From contig OZ076409.1 in assembly GCA_964187785.1 (NCBI GenBank), forward strand, positions 7,876,001 through 7,940,000: a stretch of 64,000 bases of DNA, in the 5' to 3' direction. The translations under genes were made by a program, and so were the position numbers. The DNA is from Amphiscolops sp. MND2022 (taxonomy: Eukaryota). This document shows positions 25,960 to 40,366 of the stretch, in pieces; the stretch's first letter is position 1, and each line of letters opens with the position of its first letter. Under the pieces are notes generated by a model. That model saw nothing but the letters and a program-made list of their open reading frames with translations, ran no database searches and was not told the DNA's origin.

Positions 25960-27445
25960 AAACAAGCCAGGAACGCACTCAAGTTGGGGCAGGTACCGCT
26001 CAAGGTTCAAACAGAGTAAAGTGTTGTAACCAGGCCAAAAGACTTTAGTGCTAAAATGTTTATGAAATTTACAGTGACAAAAATACCAGACGGATACGCG
26101 TAAGACTCGAAAACAGCATTTTCCCTAACTCGAAACAACGAAAAACCCAAACTCTGAAAGTTTTTTGAAATTCTTTTTTTTTCAGAGAAAGTCCATAGGA
26201 CCGAAAACTCAAGAGTAGACCCATTACATTCGCAAAACATTTGTTCAACGCCGAAAATTACTTGAAAATAGAGGGTACCCCATTACCGAAAGAGAACTGT
26301 TTCGAAAAAAGTAGCAGTGCCGTAGGGCTATAGGTCTTTTGTACATACTTCCAGAAATCTCTCATCAGTCCCACAGGATTGAAAAAAAGTCGAAAGTTAC
26401 CCTTAAACTTGCGAAAACGGTTTAGCTCAAACGAAAATTTCTTTTTAAAAAATTGAAAAATGAGCAAAAAATTTTAAATCTTCGGTCATTTCATTGAGGA
26501 GTCCTCTATGCTCGCAAAACTTTTCGTTTCCAGTATAATATAGAGGAGAATTATAGCGTGCTTTTACGACTTCTCGAAGAAAACGATATATCGAAACATA
26601 TAAGATTCGAACCACTGCCTCCTCATTGAAAAAACGCAATTTACTTCGTAAAAATTCCGATATAGCCTGCAGGGCCAAATGGGAGCGTTAATGTGGAAGC
26701 TCCGCCTCCTCCTAAGTAAAAGGCAAATCACTCCGGATATAACGTCAAATAATAGACCAGTGTAAAAACTCTTGAAACTCTTGCCAAGATCTTGCATATT
26801 CTTACATACTCCTGTTTACTCTTGAAACTCTTGATAAGATCTTGTTTATTCTTGCTTCACTTGAATTTTTTGATAGTATTCTTGGTAAGAGTCTTATCAA
26901 GAGTGTCAAGAGAATGGATAAGTTGTAAAACAAACAGCAATTTTGTTTACAAGTATTTTGCTGTTGTTCGCACTACCAGCTACACTATCATTCTTTGAAG
27001 TATTGGATATAGGAAAACACAAAGTAGTGAATTTCAGAAGGTGATAGCTTAGTTGGTAGCGCGAACAATTGCGGCATAATAGGTACGCTGATCAAGCTGC
27101 AGTTGGCGGCGAGTTTTGTTTGTTTTCATTCACTTTTGTCAGTTCATCTCTTGAATTTCTTGGCAGGATCTTGCAAGATCTTGCAAATTCGTGGATTTCT
27201 TGGTAAGAATCTTGGCAAGATTCTTACCAAAAAATCCAGGAATATCCAAGATTCTTATCAAGAGTTGCAAGAGTTTTTACACTGGGAGGATATAGCGAGT
27301 ATAGAAAGATTCTTAGGACAGAATAGAAACTTCGAAAATAGAAAATTTATAGAAAGTTTTTTAAAACAGTGAGTTCGCCGGTCTTAAAAACAGCCACTGT
27401 TATAGCCGTTTTCTTTTTCAAAAAAGCGCTGACTGATAATAGGTT
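25960..27445 (-). mobile_element. Degenerate HINE/DINE-1-like copy with a nested MITE
   Basis: Begins AACAAGCCAGGAACGCACTCAAGTTGGGGC and ends AAGCGCTGACTGA, like the other family copies. Confidence 0.4.
26756..27286. mobile_element. CCC...GGG-family MITE, 2-bp TSD AG
   Basis: AG|ACCAGTGTAAAAACTCTTG...CAAGAGTTTTTACACTGGG|AG. Confidence 0.75.
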
Positions 27446-29928
27446 TTAGAATAATCTGCTAAAAAACTTTGAAGTTTTTCAATGACTTCATTCAAAACAT
27501 TCATTTTTTTTCAAAGATCATGTTAGAAAACATGCAAATACAGTAACCATATCCGAAATTTTCCCTCATGGCGTTATCAAAAACCCTTTTTTAAAATCAT
27601 TTTCGACAACTAGAGTCAATACATGGAGCCTTTGTATGAACAGAATGTTAGATCAACCTGGGAATTCAATTCTATCAAGGAATGTTTTTCTCGACGCATA
27701 TAATGCATTTTCGGTTTTCTGTAAAATACTTTAGCCCTATTCAATAAAAATTTCCGGGAAAAGAACTTTTTCACAAAAGATGAGATATTGATAGAAAATT
27801 TCTACTTTTTAAACCTTGATACCTAACTTAACAAATAAATATTTTTATTTTTCAAGAATATAATATTTAAATACTATATTTCACATCCCTGCTTGTTTCT
27901 CCCCGCGTAAATGGGGGTGAAATAGGCCAGACAACTGATATGATGAGAAAAGTGCCGGTTTTTTTTGCTCTTATTGTCTTGAGAACAGCTGACTAGCCAA
28001 TAGTGCACGCGAATAAGTCTTTGAATTCATCCTTTAGCTTCTGACGATGCTGTTTCAAGGTTTTTCTTTCGTTTTTCATCTCTGTCAAATCCTCAGGTCG
28101 GCAGTTACCAATCAATAAGTTGAAAGTTAATCAAGAGTTTTTTAATTGCCTCAATCGATTCTAATATCAGACGGCAATCTCTAGTTGAAACCGCAGGAAC
28201 TTTTCACATGCTGCAAACCTGCATGTAGGGTAATTTTTCTATGAAAAACCTGGAAACTTCCATGATCTTTGGTTGGTAAATCATGTACAATTACAGTGCA
28301 TTTTCCCCTACTGCAATTAATTTAGAAAAAAAGTTTTACTTCATCGCCGATACGATCACTTTGTATTCACACTTCGTTTTCTCAACCACTCATTTGATGT
28401 GATCACCGCTTCTCAAATTCGTAATATTTTTTTTGAAATGTATTGCATTCTGGAGGAGAAAATCAGATGGTTTAAATTTTAGAGTAACACTCAAACCTTG
28501 CTTGAAAATGAGGAAAAAGTTCAGATTCTAACGAACATTCTCCCAGCGAGGTTCACTTCCTGCAACCGACAGAAATTGCCAAAAAAATATTACTTTAAAA
28601 TTTTTTTTTCAGGAACATGCATTTTGTTTCAAAAATGTTAACAGCAAATAACCAAGATATGGCATTCTAGTGACACTCAAAAGATCAGGTGGTATGTATT
28701 ATAGCCGAACAGGACTAAAGACGAAAAGTATTTTAGCAGAAAAAGATTCATTTCTCAATTGTAATTGGCCAAACCACTTTGGCTTCAGTTTGGTAACTAT
28801 TATCTAACAATTAGATGCAATCAGAAGAAATAAATTAATGCATGTAGATTCGGTTATAATCCCAAGCAGCTATCATCCTGTTCGGCCGAAATTACGGCTG
28901 CCAAAAAATCACACTAGTGATTTAGTAGAAGTGACGTCATTGATAACATAAATTTGGATGTAAAATATTGTTTTTAGGATATATTTTTGAAAAATAATAA
29001 TTTTATTTGTTGCTGGTTAACAAAAAATATATTTATTATTTTGTCTTATATTGTGTGGAAAAAGTATATTGCTCGAACAAAGATTTCGTTCGTACATTTT
29101 TTGAACTGCTATTATAACCATCACTAATTTTCCCAAACTAACTTCCTGAATCGATTTTTCTACTCGATTAGTAACTAAATCCGAATACTTAATAACAGTT
29201 GGCCGGGAAATTGAATTGAGTTTCGTGTATTTCGTGTATACGATTATACTAATACATTTGCGTTAATGCTGCTCAAAATGCATTAAATGAAAATCAAACT
29301 ATATTGGCCTAAATACAAATACAGTGGAACAATACAATAAATATATTGTATTGTACAAATCTAAAAACAAACATATTTTATTTTTTTTATTGTCAATATT
29401 TTGAAATGCAATGTATTTTTTCACATCCCTCAACATGGTGATGATCTAGAGATGAGTTTGATTTGAATGGTCATCACTGATGCTGTCAGGTGATCATATG
29501 GGCACCCAAGAGTTCGAAACGATCCCCATCCAGAGTTGCGTGTTCCAGCCGTCAGAGAAGTCCGGAGCTAGTCTGGCTCTGTGTGATGGAGAGCCGCTCC
29601 CTCAAGCCAGTGTGGAAATGCGGATACTCCATAATGCCTATTATCTCAAGTACTAATTCCAGTTTGTCCACTGATGGTATTTCATAGATAAACGTTTTTA
29701 TAGAAATTCGGATATAATTCAACTTTTTCAATGTGTTAATAGTTTTTGTGTTGAAGGACATACTTGACAGACATTGTTTGAATAGACTCTTTGAAAAATT
29801 TGGGTTTCAAAAGTGTCAAAATTTTATTGATTTCGCGATTGCGTATTGGAGAAAAAAGTATTCTGGCGTAGATTTGATTATTTTACATTATATTTCTACA
29901 TTCGCTGCATTGGCTGACTGTAGTTAGT

Positions 29929-30290
29929 ACAAGACGGGAACGCCTCAAGTCGGCGCTATATCTAAGGCTCAATTAAAATCGAGGGGGGCATTTGGACACA
30001 AAACAAGTTTCGAGAAAAAGTCGCACAGTGCTGAAAAAAATCGAAAGGGGGGACCCTTAAGTCCCGTCCCGTTTTGTAGGTTACGTTTAAAAAGTGAAAA
30101 ACCAAAGGGACCCTCTGGAATAACTTAGATGCCTTTCCCGGGTATTCGTTTAGTTTCCTTTAGTTGAACAAACTGAACAAAACGACAACGTTCGTCGCAA
30201 AGAGTCTGTCTCGAAGAAACAAAAAAGGAAAAAAAACGAGTGACTGTAATAGTTGGGCTCTTTTATTAAGATAAGCGCCGACTGAAAATA
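29929..30290 (-). mobile_element. HINE/DINE-1-like copy
   Basis: ACAAGACGGGAACGCCTCAAGTCGGCGCTATATCTAAGGCTCAA ... AAGCGCCGACTGAAAA matches the reverse complement of the 12862-13365 ends. Confidence 0.55.
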
Positions 30291-30874
30291 GGGGCTCTTC
30301 GGTCTCACATAGTTATCTCGATTTAGTTTAAAATGTAAAAAGATCAAAGGGGGGATTTAGACTAGTTTTAAAGCAGACTAGTTTTAGAACTGGACAAAAT
30401 GTGCACTCAAAAAAAACTCGCATGTCCTGCCAGCTCCAGCCGCGCCAGACACACGCGATAATAATTAGGTCAAAAAACGAGTGGAATGTAATGACCGGCG
30501 TGTAATGTCACTTCAGAGCTTGAAAAAGTTGTTTTTTTTTCTATTTTGTTTTTATCTCACGTGCTACGTCAACCAAAACACGCAAGGCGAAAAAATCGCC
30601 TCTGAAATTAAATTTGTGTAAGAAAGACATGGGAAAGCTTTAATTTTTTGCTCAACAACTTCGAATAAAGTTTTTGATACGTAATGAAATCTTCATCCAA
30701 ATATGGTTCGAAGCGTCGCATAAATATCGTCAGTTCGTTCTCACTTACGATGTGCGAGGGTTACTTTGCGCTGAAATATTGATGTGATTGGGAATGATGA
30801 GTGTAAAGAAAGTTGGCAATACAAACAGTAAATTGAACCCCACCACTAAGCCAATACAGTGGACATAATGATAA

Positions 30875-31921
30875 CCCGGGTGGACCCTCTTACTAGCATC
30901 TTGGCTGTCTTGGCAAGATCTTGCCAAATTCTTACTACATCTTGGCAACCATGGATCCCATGGCAAGATTCTTATTAAGATCTTACTAAGATAATACTTA
31001 TTCCAAGATCGTATCTTATCACGATGGACAAAATTTTAAGATTATAAAAAAACACCATACCTTCGGTACAAGCAGCCGAGACTCAATCTAAAGGCTCATT
31101 TCACCCAACAACGACTATTTCTACTCGTTTTCATAATGGAAATGCCTAAACCTGCTGAAAAAATTTTGCATGCAAAAATGCGTGAAAAATTACGATAACG
31201 CAGTCTGGCTTCCAAAATTTTGACGAGAATCCTAATAACTGCTCACCTGTTTAGGACTGAGAAATGCGAATGTACCAAATGAAAGGCCATTTCAAGGGCT
31301 TTCCAAAACTTGTACTTTATCACTCCTGTCGATTCCAGAGGCGGAGAAATATGCCCTCAAACGTCTAGATCCACTATCGGAAAGTTACAAAGAAAAGACC
31401 TTAAAATCCTGAAATTTTTGTGAAAATCATATTTCCAGCTCTCTTTAAGCCTGTTTCAGCAGCCTTATTACTGCTGGAAACGGCGGTCATTGCTCTAATT
31501 TGGGTAATGATTCAGCTCGAGGCTTATCTGACGCCGTCATTGGCGACAGTTTTGCAATTGAAAGAACAATATCGGTATGGAAATGGTTGTAAAAATCATT
31601 CAGTAATTTTGTTTTGAGTGATGTCTAGATTATTTTTTCATAACTCTTAATTTAATGGTTTTCTGATTCTACTTTTTCTCGATATCGAGCAGTTCGTAGC
31701 ATTTTTTTCTTGCCATATTCGGCTTCTTAGTTAGATTTTTCTTGCCATATTGGGCTTCTTAGTAAGATTTTTCTTGGAAACATGGCTCTCTTGATAAGAT
31801 CTTACCATGGCATCTTGCAATTCTTGGCAATATCTTGTCACGATCTTAGCTAAGATTTTCCAAGATCTTGGCAAGATCTTGCCAAGATCTTACTAAGATA
31901 TCCATGGAGGGTCGACCCGGG
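30875..31921. mobile_element. CCC...GGG-family MITE inserted in copia 3' LTR, 2-bp TSD AA
   Basis: Intact LTR reads GATAACTGAA; interrupted LTR reads GATAA|CCCGGGTGGACCCTC...GAGGGTCGACCCGGG|AACTGAA. Confidence 0.9.
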
Positions 31922-32499
31922 AACTGAAAATAGTAGGAAACTAAATCAACAATCACCCAATATTTTAGGACTAAGATTTACATATTGAAAATAACCTCTC
32001 ACCAAATAGCAAACTGTATCAATCATGGCGTCAATTATTTGGTCTGAGAATTGAAGCAAGATATGAACGAATGCTCAGTCATCGCGTGGAGAGTAAGGAA
32101 AGGCAAATTGAGTGCATGCAGAGTGAATCAAAGTGACCGAAGTACTGTAGTGTAAATGCAAAAAGTTGACTGGTTCAAATTAATACATTATATGGACACC
32201 AGACATGAAATGCACAGTGAATAGAAATGAGTGAAGTAATGCAGTGTAAATGCAAGAAGTTGACTGGTTCGAAATGAATACGTTATGAGAAAACCAGACT
32301 TAAAATGGACAATGAAATGCACAAAACTGACTGCACAATGAGGTCAATTTGCACAATAAGATGATAATGACGAAATTTTGAAATTTTTGAATTAAACAGA
32401 CATGCACAGCAAAATGACAATATGATGTTCTTTATTGAGACAAGATTTGAAACATAAATGAATTGTGACAGAAACAATTAGAAGGATCATCAATATAAA

Positions 32500-35400
32500 A
32501 GAATATACTAATAAAAAGAAACATAAATTGTCCATTTCTGACCAAATTCTGCAAGTTTTTACCACAATTTGCACGCTGCTTTGTCAAAATATCTGCTAAT
32601 TGCAAATAAGATGGGATCCATTTCATAATCAGGGGGTCGTTCTGATCACTCGTAAGCTGCTTTAGGGAGCCGATATCAACTCTCAACCGTTTTTCTTGTA
32701 CAGTTTTCGTTGATTTGACGGATTCTATCAAACTTTTATTGTCTACAAGGGCGGTCTCAGGAATTTGTGAGCCAGTCAGCTCTTTCAGAATCTTCTCGAG
32801 AATAAATACTCTATCGATACCATCCAGACAAGCCATTGTTTCCGCCGCTAGAGTGCTTTTGACGATTTGTTTGAGTTTGTGAGACTGCCAGGTCACAATA
32901 GCGCCACGATCACCCATTTCCGGGTTCCCAATCACAACTAAATGGCCACCTTGTGTACCACCGTCTTCCAGATTTCCCATGAGGCATCCGAAAAGGAATA
33001 AAGCCGCCACTTGTCGACTGCTCCAAGGTCGGGGAAGAAAATACATGGCTTTGGGCCAAATTTGACAGTTCTCACTAGCTTGGTAAGGACTACAAGATCT
33101 CCAAATGTACTTTTCGGAATTTTACTGACGAAGGAAGTTCTAGCGAAAGCAACTTCTGGAATTGCCTGGACAGCCAACCACTGTAGCTGTCCCAGAACTT
33201 TTCTCATGGCGTTTCTTCTTTTCAGTCGTTTCTAGAACTTTCTATTTCAGTCGTGGGATCAGTTTTCTTACGATCTCCTGTCGATTGGATTCCCACTAAA
33301 TCTATTTTCTCGAGATATCCCTCCAATCTAACGTTGATTCCAGTACTAGTGCGTTCAATATCCATGCCCAAGTAAATGTAAGGTAACGTTATCTTGGTTC
33401 CAATGGCAAAAATCATTTAGGGGGTTAACCACATTCTTGTAAAACTCAGGACAACCAGCTGTCCAAAAATCATCAACATAAACACATATCAGTCCTAACA
33501 AGTCAGAACCTTTCTTCAAATAAAACAATGACGAGTCCAAAGGAGAAACTGTGCAATTCAACGCAACTAATTCTTGTCGTACTCGATCATACCAGTGTCT
33601 GGAAGCATCTAATAATCCATAAACGCTCTTTTTGAGTTGCCAAAGACCAGTTTCTTCACTTTCAGGAGGAGGTACAACAAAAACTTGTCGTTCCAGTGGC
33701 TGTACTTGGACGAAAGCTGTTTTTACGTCCAAAACTTCCGAGTTCCAGCTTTTTCTGGAAGCTAAAAGGGTCATCATTAGCCTGAAAGTATCTTTTCCAT
33801 AGGTGGGCGAGTCTGTTATCAAACTTTCCGGACTCTCTTGAAATCCTTTCGTCACTAATCGAGCTTTCAATTTTCCGTCGGACTTTCGCGTAAGAATCCA
33901 TCGTGTCGCAATTGTCGTCTGACCACGATCAGGGACTCTTTCATAGACATGACTTGAGTCCAACTTTTGAGCTCACCCTCTTTTGCCTTGGCAAACTCGT
34001 CTTCATCGATCTCATTTGTTACGTAAGCTGTGTCTTGCTGTTTTTCTCCGATTAGTGACCAGGATTCTACATCCTTTTCAAAACCTACAGGTCCAGTTTT
34101 GCCTTTCATGTGCTCAGGACTGTTATATTGAAATATTTACCAATTTTTGTTCTTTCCGGTACTTTTTCCTGCTTTTCCTATTACCGGAAAATTCACTTCC
34201 TGAAGAACATTCATATTTCGTTTTAAAGCGTATATCTGCATTTCTTCCAGGAATCTGAGAAGTGTCAACGAGTGGTTTGTCACCATGTAAAGCACAATGT
34301 TCAGTGAAAATTACCGATGCTGCATCAGGCTCGAGTGATTCAAGCGTCAGCGATGACAGTTCTGACGAAAGTTCGTTTTTAGCCAATTCAGACTCAATGT
34401 TCGTCGAACCTGCAGGACAGTTCGGAGTAGCTACAGGCTCCGTCTGCTGTTGGTCGATAGTCTCAGAAACACGGTATTCATCACTTCCGACCAACCGCAA
34501 TCTGTTTTTATGCGTTTTTACGACATTCCCTCCATTTCTCAAAATTGCAACAACGCCATCCATTCCAATAATTGTTTCCGGTCCATGCTATTCATCAGAT
34601 TCCGCTCTTTTTAAGAAAATTCGATCTCCAGTGACAAAAGTGTTTCATTCATTCTGAGCTTTGCTTTCAGGGCTTTTTTGATACGGCCATCGTTCTTCAT
34701 GCTAGTATACTCTTCCCGGGATCGTTTGAGCACCAACAGATGCTGCCTGAACTCCTCGCTAGTTGTCAACTTTTCTAAACCTGGCGGACCGAGTTCCATG
34801 ACGTTTGGTAATTGCGGATTCTGTCCAAAAACTATCTGCTGGGGAGAAAAACCATCCTTATTACTCAAACATTTTTTTGCGAAACAGCAATAATGAACCA
34901 GAGTTCGCTCAGGGAGTTTGAGATTATTGTCGTTTTGCAATTTTTCGAACAATGACCTGAGAACAGCATTGTGACCCTTGCAAACACCGTTTGACCACGG
35001 GCTTTCAGCAGCTGTTGTCTTTATGAAAATGCCATAATTTTCCGCCAAGGATCGAAAGCCACTATTGTAAAATTCTCGGCCATTGTCGGTCAATGTAGAA
35101 CCTGGCACACCAGATATGCTTATCCACTCTGTCGGAAACGCATGAATTATAGTTTCGCTTGTCATATACAATTCGCGCACTGCTGAACCTTGAATAAACA
35201 TCAATAAAATGGCAATAATACACGTTTTTTCTGATATAATGGAGGTCGATGGCGACAGTTTCGTTGAACTTGGAAGCCAATGGTAACGATACCGCTGGTT
35301 TCGCCCTGGGTCGATTGTGTTTGAGGCAAATATTGCAGTTTTCAAGGACGTTTTGAACGATAGTTCTGTGCACTTTGAAATTCGACGATTTTATGAGTCT

Positions 35401-36728
35401 CAGAAGGCGATCTTGTCCACAATGACCAAATTGGCGATGAAGTTTCATGACGTCTCGTTCAGTCAATTGTTTGTCGTGGGAGAAAAACGAGAAAGAACTG
35501 AAAACAATCTCTTTCATCTTCATAGCTAAATGACCAGTGGAGAGTTGAAATAATCTGATACTATGGCCCAAAATTTCCATTTTTTCAATATCCAGATCAA
35601 TCTTGGCGCCCATTTTTTTCAGTGATTTGGCACTTATGAGCAAGGGCAACTCCGTGTTGATGACCTCAGTGAGAATAAAGCACTTCAGATTGCCTATTTA
35701 CAAAGGTATTTGTAAGTTCCCAAACTCCTGAACGATTTTCCACCACCAAAAAGATTGGAGACATTTTTCGGCAATTCATATTCAAGTGATTCGCCCAATT
35801 CGGCAGAGAACTGATTGACCCAATCTTTTCCTGCCACTGATCTTGCACACCCAGTGTCAATTATTCCCAGTGCTCGACATTCTTCAAGCATGGACTCTGA
35901 TACGGTGGCAAAGGTCAAAAAGACTTTTTCTTCGTCACTTCTCTGTTGTTGCAAATCAGGACAATCTTTCCTCCAGTGAAACCGGGAGCCACAATTAGCG
36001 CTAGTAGACACTTGTCCGGATGCGTTCACTGGGTTTGTACCGTTCTGACGGATCTGTGAACTGCCAAAATTCCTTTTAACATTGAATCTTCCACGTCCTC
36101 AACCGCAATTAGTCCAGTAGATCGGGCTGTCTTCATTTCCTTCGTCCATGGGTGTTACAAAAGTTGGTTCGGGGTTTATCGAAGGTACGTCTCCTGTATC
36201 ACATTTTACGCAGCTCGTGAAAATTCTACGTAAAGACGGTCTCATGGCATCAAAGTTGAGATCAGGTGTGGCAGACAAAACCAAATGTCAATCCTTTATA
36301 TCGAGACCGGCACAATGAAGCAGTTTGCAAGCAAGAACTTCTGATGGGACATCAATTTTGAAGTTTTTTTAATTCTGCGTAGAGTCTTTCGAAGTCTTGT
36401 TTGTATTCGGTCATATTTCTATCAAGTCTTGCTACTGTTTCGAAATTGACAAAGGCCTCAAATGTCGATCGGTCTCCTCACGACCGAATTTAGATTTGAG
36501 CTTGACCAATAACTTTGTCAAGCCGTCCTCCGCATTCAGTTCTACACTGCTGAACTCAAGAGCTGCTTCTCGCTTCCTACCAGTAAGAGACAAGGCAACC
36601 GCAGGGCCTTGCTTTGCCTTGGCAAGATCTGTCACTGCCACCCATAGCTGTATTTCTGCATTCCAGCGCTCGAAAGGCACTTCATCATTCCATAGTGGTG
36701 GGGTTATTGAAAACTTGGTAGAACTCAT
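32500..36728 (-). pseudogene. Copia gag-pol, broken by many frameshifts and stops
   Basis: PPLWNDEVPFERW (gag), CGSRFHWRKDCP, IIDTGCARSVAG (PR), LHRQFGH...C..C and TDNGREF...SPWSNG (IN), KLKARLV...YVDDF (RT), QLADILTK (RH) spread over many short ORFs. Confidence 0.9.
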
Positions 36729-36729
36729 C

Positions 36730-36738
36730 CTGCTACCA
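36730..36738 (-). promoter_or_regulatory. Copia PBS (tRNA-iMet)
   Basis: TGGTAGCAG directly after the LTR terminal CA; the gag ATG follows 1 nt later. Confidence 0.8.
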
Positions 36739-37693
36739 TGTAAATAAAGTTGGCAATACAAACAGTAAATTGAACCCCACCACTAAGCCAATACAGTGGA
36801 CATAATGATAACTGAAAATAGCAGGAAACTAAATCAACAATGAGCAATCTAGATTTCAAAATTTTCTGTTTCAAAAAACCCCACACCATATTTGTTTTGG
36901 AAAATTAGTGAAAATTTAATTTAAAAAGACTTGAATACAATCCAGAAACCTTCAATTTAGTTTCATTTCCAGTGTGACGATTTGGAATTGAGATATAAAA
37001 TTTGTTCACACTTTTTCCCTTTGAAGTCACTCATTTTTGATTAGAAAATTAGCAGTTCCTGTTTTGAGTCACAACAAACAGTGAATATGATCAAAATTAT
37101 AGTTAAATGGAGTGAAAAATGTTTTTTCTGGACAAAAATTTATTCCAATGTAGGTTAACTTCCTGTTATGAAAGAAGGTTTTACTTTTAGTTAGGCCAGT
37201 CTGATATTGTTAAGGAAATTTACTTTCAAAACGTTTGGTGGTGGGGGGGGGCAACAAAAAAGAGCCTTCAAAACACTGTCGGAACTTCGAACGACAAAAA
37301 TATTGGTCACTTGATAAGCTCCAAATAGGCGTTCTATTTTCTCAGCAACACAATTTGTGGAACCAGTTGATTAATCTTCGAGTAGAGATGCTTCGAACCA
37401 TGAAAAAAAATCGTTGTCATCAGTCATTTTGATTTCAGTTTTTTTAAATGTGAAAGCTCTTTTGCTTCCGAAAAGTGTTGTCAATTAGAATGACTGTCAA
37501 GCTAACTAACAGTCTTCAAAGCTGATCCGAATCACTTGTTGACTAACTTTTTATGCATTCTTAGAACAGTGATATATTTGCTTATCTTTGCTGGAAAGAT
37601 CAATCTAGACATATACGAATCTAAATGAACAAAACAATCAATGAGCTAGAAGACACCCACTAAGCACCGCGATTTTTTCCGCTAAAAATGTAC

Positions 37694-37766
37694 GGCATCA
37701 GCACGAGTTCCAACCAACGATCTCCTGTCTGCCAGGCAGACGCACTACCAACTGCGCCTTGGTGAC
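37694..37766 (-). mobile_element. tRNA-derived SINE head or tRNA pseudogene
   Basis: GGCGCAGTTGGTAGTGCGTCTGCCTGGCAGACAGGAGATCGTTGGTTGGAACTC with A/B-box-like motifs but an imperfect cloverleaf; related degenerate copy at ~41855-41933. Confidence 0.5.
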
Positions 37767-37989
37767 TAGAATTTGCACTTTTAAAGGGAGTACTAAAGTT
37801 GAGATTTTGCAGAAATTGGATAAAAACGCGGCAAAAAAATTTGGCAAAAATTATAGGTGGGCGGAAAATGGAAACTGCACCAAAAGCACTTAAACTGAAG
37901 AAACTCAAGAGCATATGCAATTTGCAAGAAAAATAAAAAATATAAATTAGCAACGAATTTAATGTTTCTATACAATCGAAAAATGCAAA

Positions 37990-39620
37990 AATTTGAAAAC
38001 TATCAGAATGCTGAAGATCGATACCCTGGCATATGTGGTCAAAAAATGAGCAGGTAGATTTGCTGCAAAGAAACTAATTGAAAACAAAAAAATCCAACCA
38101 GACTGAATTAAAAACAAAGGTAAAAACAATTTCCGAAAGAAACCTCTGTATCGAGAAATTGATCAACAAGCAGAGTGACTACACGAGAGAAAAGTATGAA
38201 AATCAACGAAATACGGTAATGTCTTTAGTTGAAACAGCCCACCAAAAACGCAATTTCCGCACACTTGGAACTAATCCTTCCTCAAAGACAATTTTCAAGT
38301 CGCCAAGAAGAAATAACAAAAAATCCAAATGTAACGATATGCAATGACTTTCTATACAGTCGAGGCTAAATTTTCCTCAACAACCACACCAAACGTGGAG
38401 TAAAATCAAAATACGAGATTTGCAAAGCCTATGGCGCAATCACTAACCAATCCTAAAGAAGTGATCAAATCAATAATCAGCATGCAATTAAAAAACTATG
38501 GGAATGATGACGTCAGTAATTTGATTCTGATATGTTGTTAGCCAATCATTGAAAAAGTTTTAACAGAAGTTTTCAATGACTACTTTGAAAAATTGAGAAG
38601 AGTTTTTGACGCACTAAACAACCAAAGGTCTTCGGCTTAAAAAAAAGACAGGTTACACCAACGATTCTGAACATTATCAACCAATAACTTGCTCAGTTAC
38701 CTGAGGAAAGTATCTGAAACGTTTCACCAAAAAAACGTTCAAGTTTCTCAATGAAAATAGCCTTTTCAAACCAATGCATAATGGATTAGTGCCAAAGCAA
38801 TCCATTGTGTTTGTGATAGCCATTGTTATGGATTGAATACGAATTTAAATCGACAAAAATCTTGAAGAGCCTGTTTCATCGACAGGAAAAGCCTGTTTCT
38901 CTCGAAATGTGTAAAAACGACCGAGCTTATCACCGATGACAAATCAGTATTGAAATCCGCTAAGCTTCATAATGTTATAATAGAAACAAAACAGACAGCG
39001 ACCGAATAAGTGACTGGTTTTCATTCTACAGCTTATCATGAAATGTTTCCAAAGGTGACTATCTAAAGTTCTGACCTGGAAAATCAGAACAATTGGTGTT
39101 TCTGAACGGAACCGTTAATACTGAAAACACATATAAGTGTTCAGGACTATACATAGATAGTGAATGGTTATTCGGAGAACATCAAAAACAAATTTGGAAG
39201 AAATTTTACAAATTTTGTTGGTTGATCTAAAGAAAGAGATATATGTACTCTACTCACTATGTTCTCTTTTTTTTTCAATTCGTATACTAAATCGGTTATA
39301 ACATAGGACTCCTAGTACATGGAAGAGCAGCAAAATCAACAATAAATTTAAATTGCCAGACCAAAGGCGCATTTTGTGAGTTATGTTCCACAAAACGAAA
39401 TCTGACAGCTTTGAGGTTAAATCGAAAGGCAAAGACGTATCAACAGTTTTTGAATTGTTCAGTAGAGAAGTGTTGATTGAATAATTTAAACAAATGAGAA
39501 TTACATCTTCTCCACGTCACAACCAGCAAACTGATAATGCATATCATTACAACTCCAGGTGGTGGAAGCTTGGACTACTGTCTTCTACGTTTGCCCGAAC
39601 TTAAACTAAATTAATGTCAT
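37990..39620 (+). pseudogene. Old, heavily degraded LINE RT relic
   Basis: ORF 38078-38347 (RNTVMSLVETAHQKRNFRTLGTNPSSKTIFKS) resembles RNKITSMIREAKREANFKKLGENPSSKTFYRT of the LINE at 48350-50760. Confidence 0.65.
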
Positions 39621-39630
39621 TTGCAAGCAC

Positions 39631-39861
39631 TTAAACTGGTTATGTTCTTTGGACACAAAGAAGACGAGCTGTGAGACTCATTCTCTGTCCATATTGATTG
39701 TCATTTCAATTTTGTAAACTAAATACGTTAACTAATGACTTTCATTTGTTAAACTGGTTTATGTTCTTTGGACATAAAGAAGACGAGTTGTGAGACTCAT
39801 TCTCTGTCCATATTAATTGTCCTTTCAATTTTCTAAACTAAATACGTTAACTAATGACTTT
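39631..39861. repeat. Tandem duplication of ~118 bp
   Basis: TTAAACTGGTT...GAAGACGAG...CTAATGACTTT occurs twice. Confidence 0.9.
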
Positions 39862-40366
39862 AATTTTCACTAACTTCTTCGTTTTCAATTTTGAATTTTG
39901 ATATTGTATTATCTCCTCGTTGCCACTTAAAGATGATTTCAGTTCAAGTAATCTTTGATTGAAAAGAAAATTCAAGAATATTTTACGCACCGGAGTAGTT
40001 CATTAGATCAATTACTTTTGGTTCAAAAACAACATTGATCAAGAGGCGTCGATTTCTTTTTTTTTTTCGACTATCAAAAACAGAAAGTTATACAATTGAA
40101 TTTGTTTTTGACAATTCTAACTTGCGCACCGATGTATAGAACCAAATCGTTTGACACTGCAATGCACTAATACAACAATCTCATTCAATCGCCTCATATG
40201 GTTTTCTGGTACTTCTCAGGTGAACCATAAAAACGGAACGCATGAAATTTTGAGTCTTCGAAGTATTATTATTTGTAATTAAGACTCTCAATTTTTCAAG
40301 TGTTCAAAGTTATCGTGAAACTTTTGTTGTCAAATTTTTGTAACGTTGGCAACTCAAAATAATTTT

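Larger units (their letters stand above)
30802..36839 (-). mobile_element. Ty1/copia LTR retrotransposon (GalEa-like), full length but decayed
   Basis: 101-bp LTRs (36739-36839; 30802-31951 split by a MITE), TSD ATGAG on both sides, PBS TGGTAGCAG (tRNA-iMet), domain order gag-PR-IN-RT-RH. Confidence 0.93.

Noticed and set aside
37694..37766. Functional tRNA gene
   Set aside because: T-loop (GGTTGGAAC) and acceptor stem are imperfect and a degenerate relative occurs at ~41900; better explained as a SINE head.
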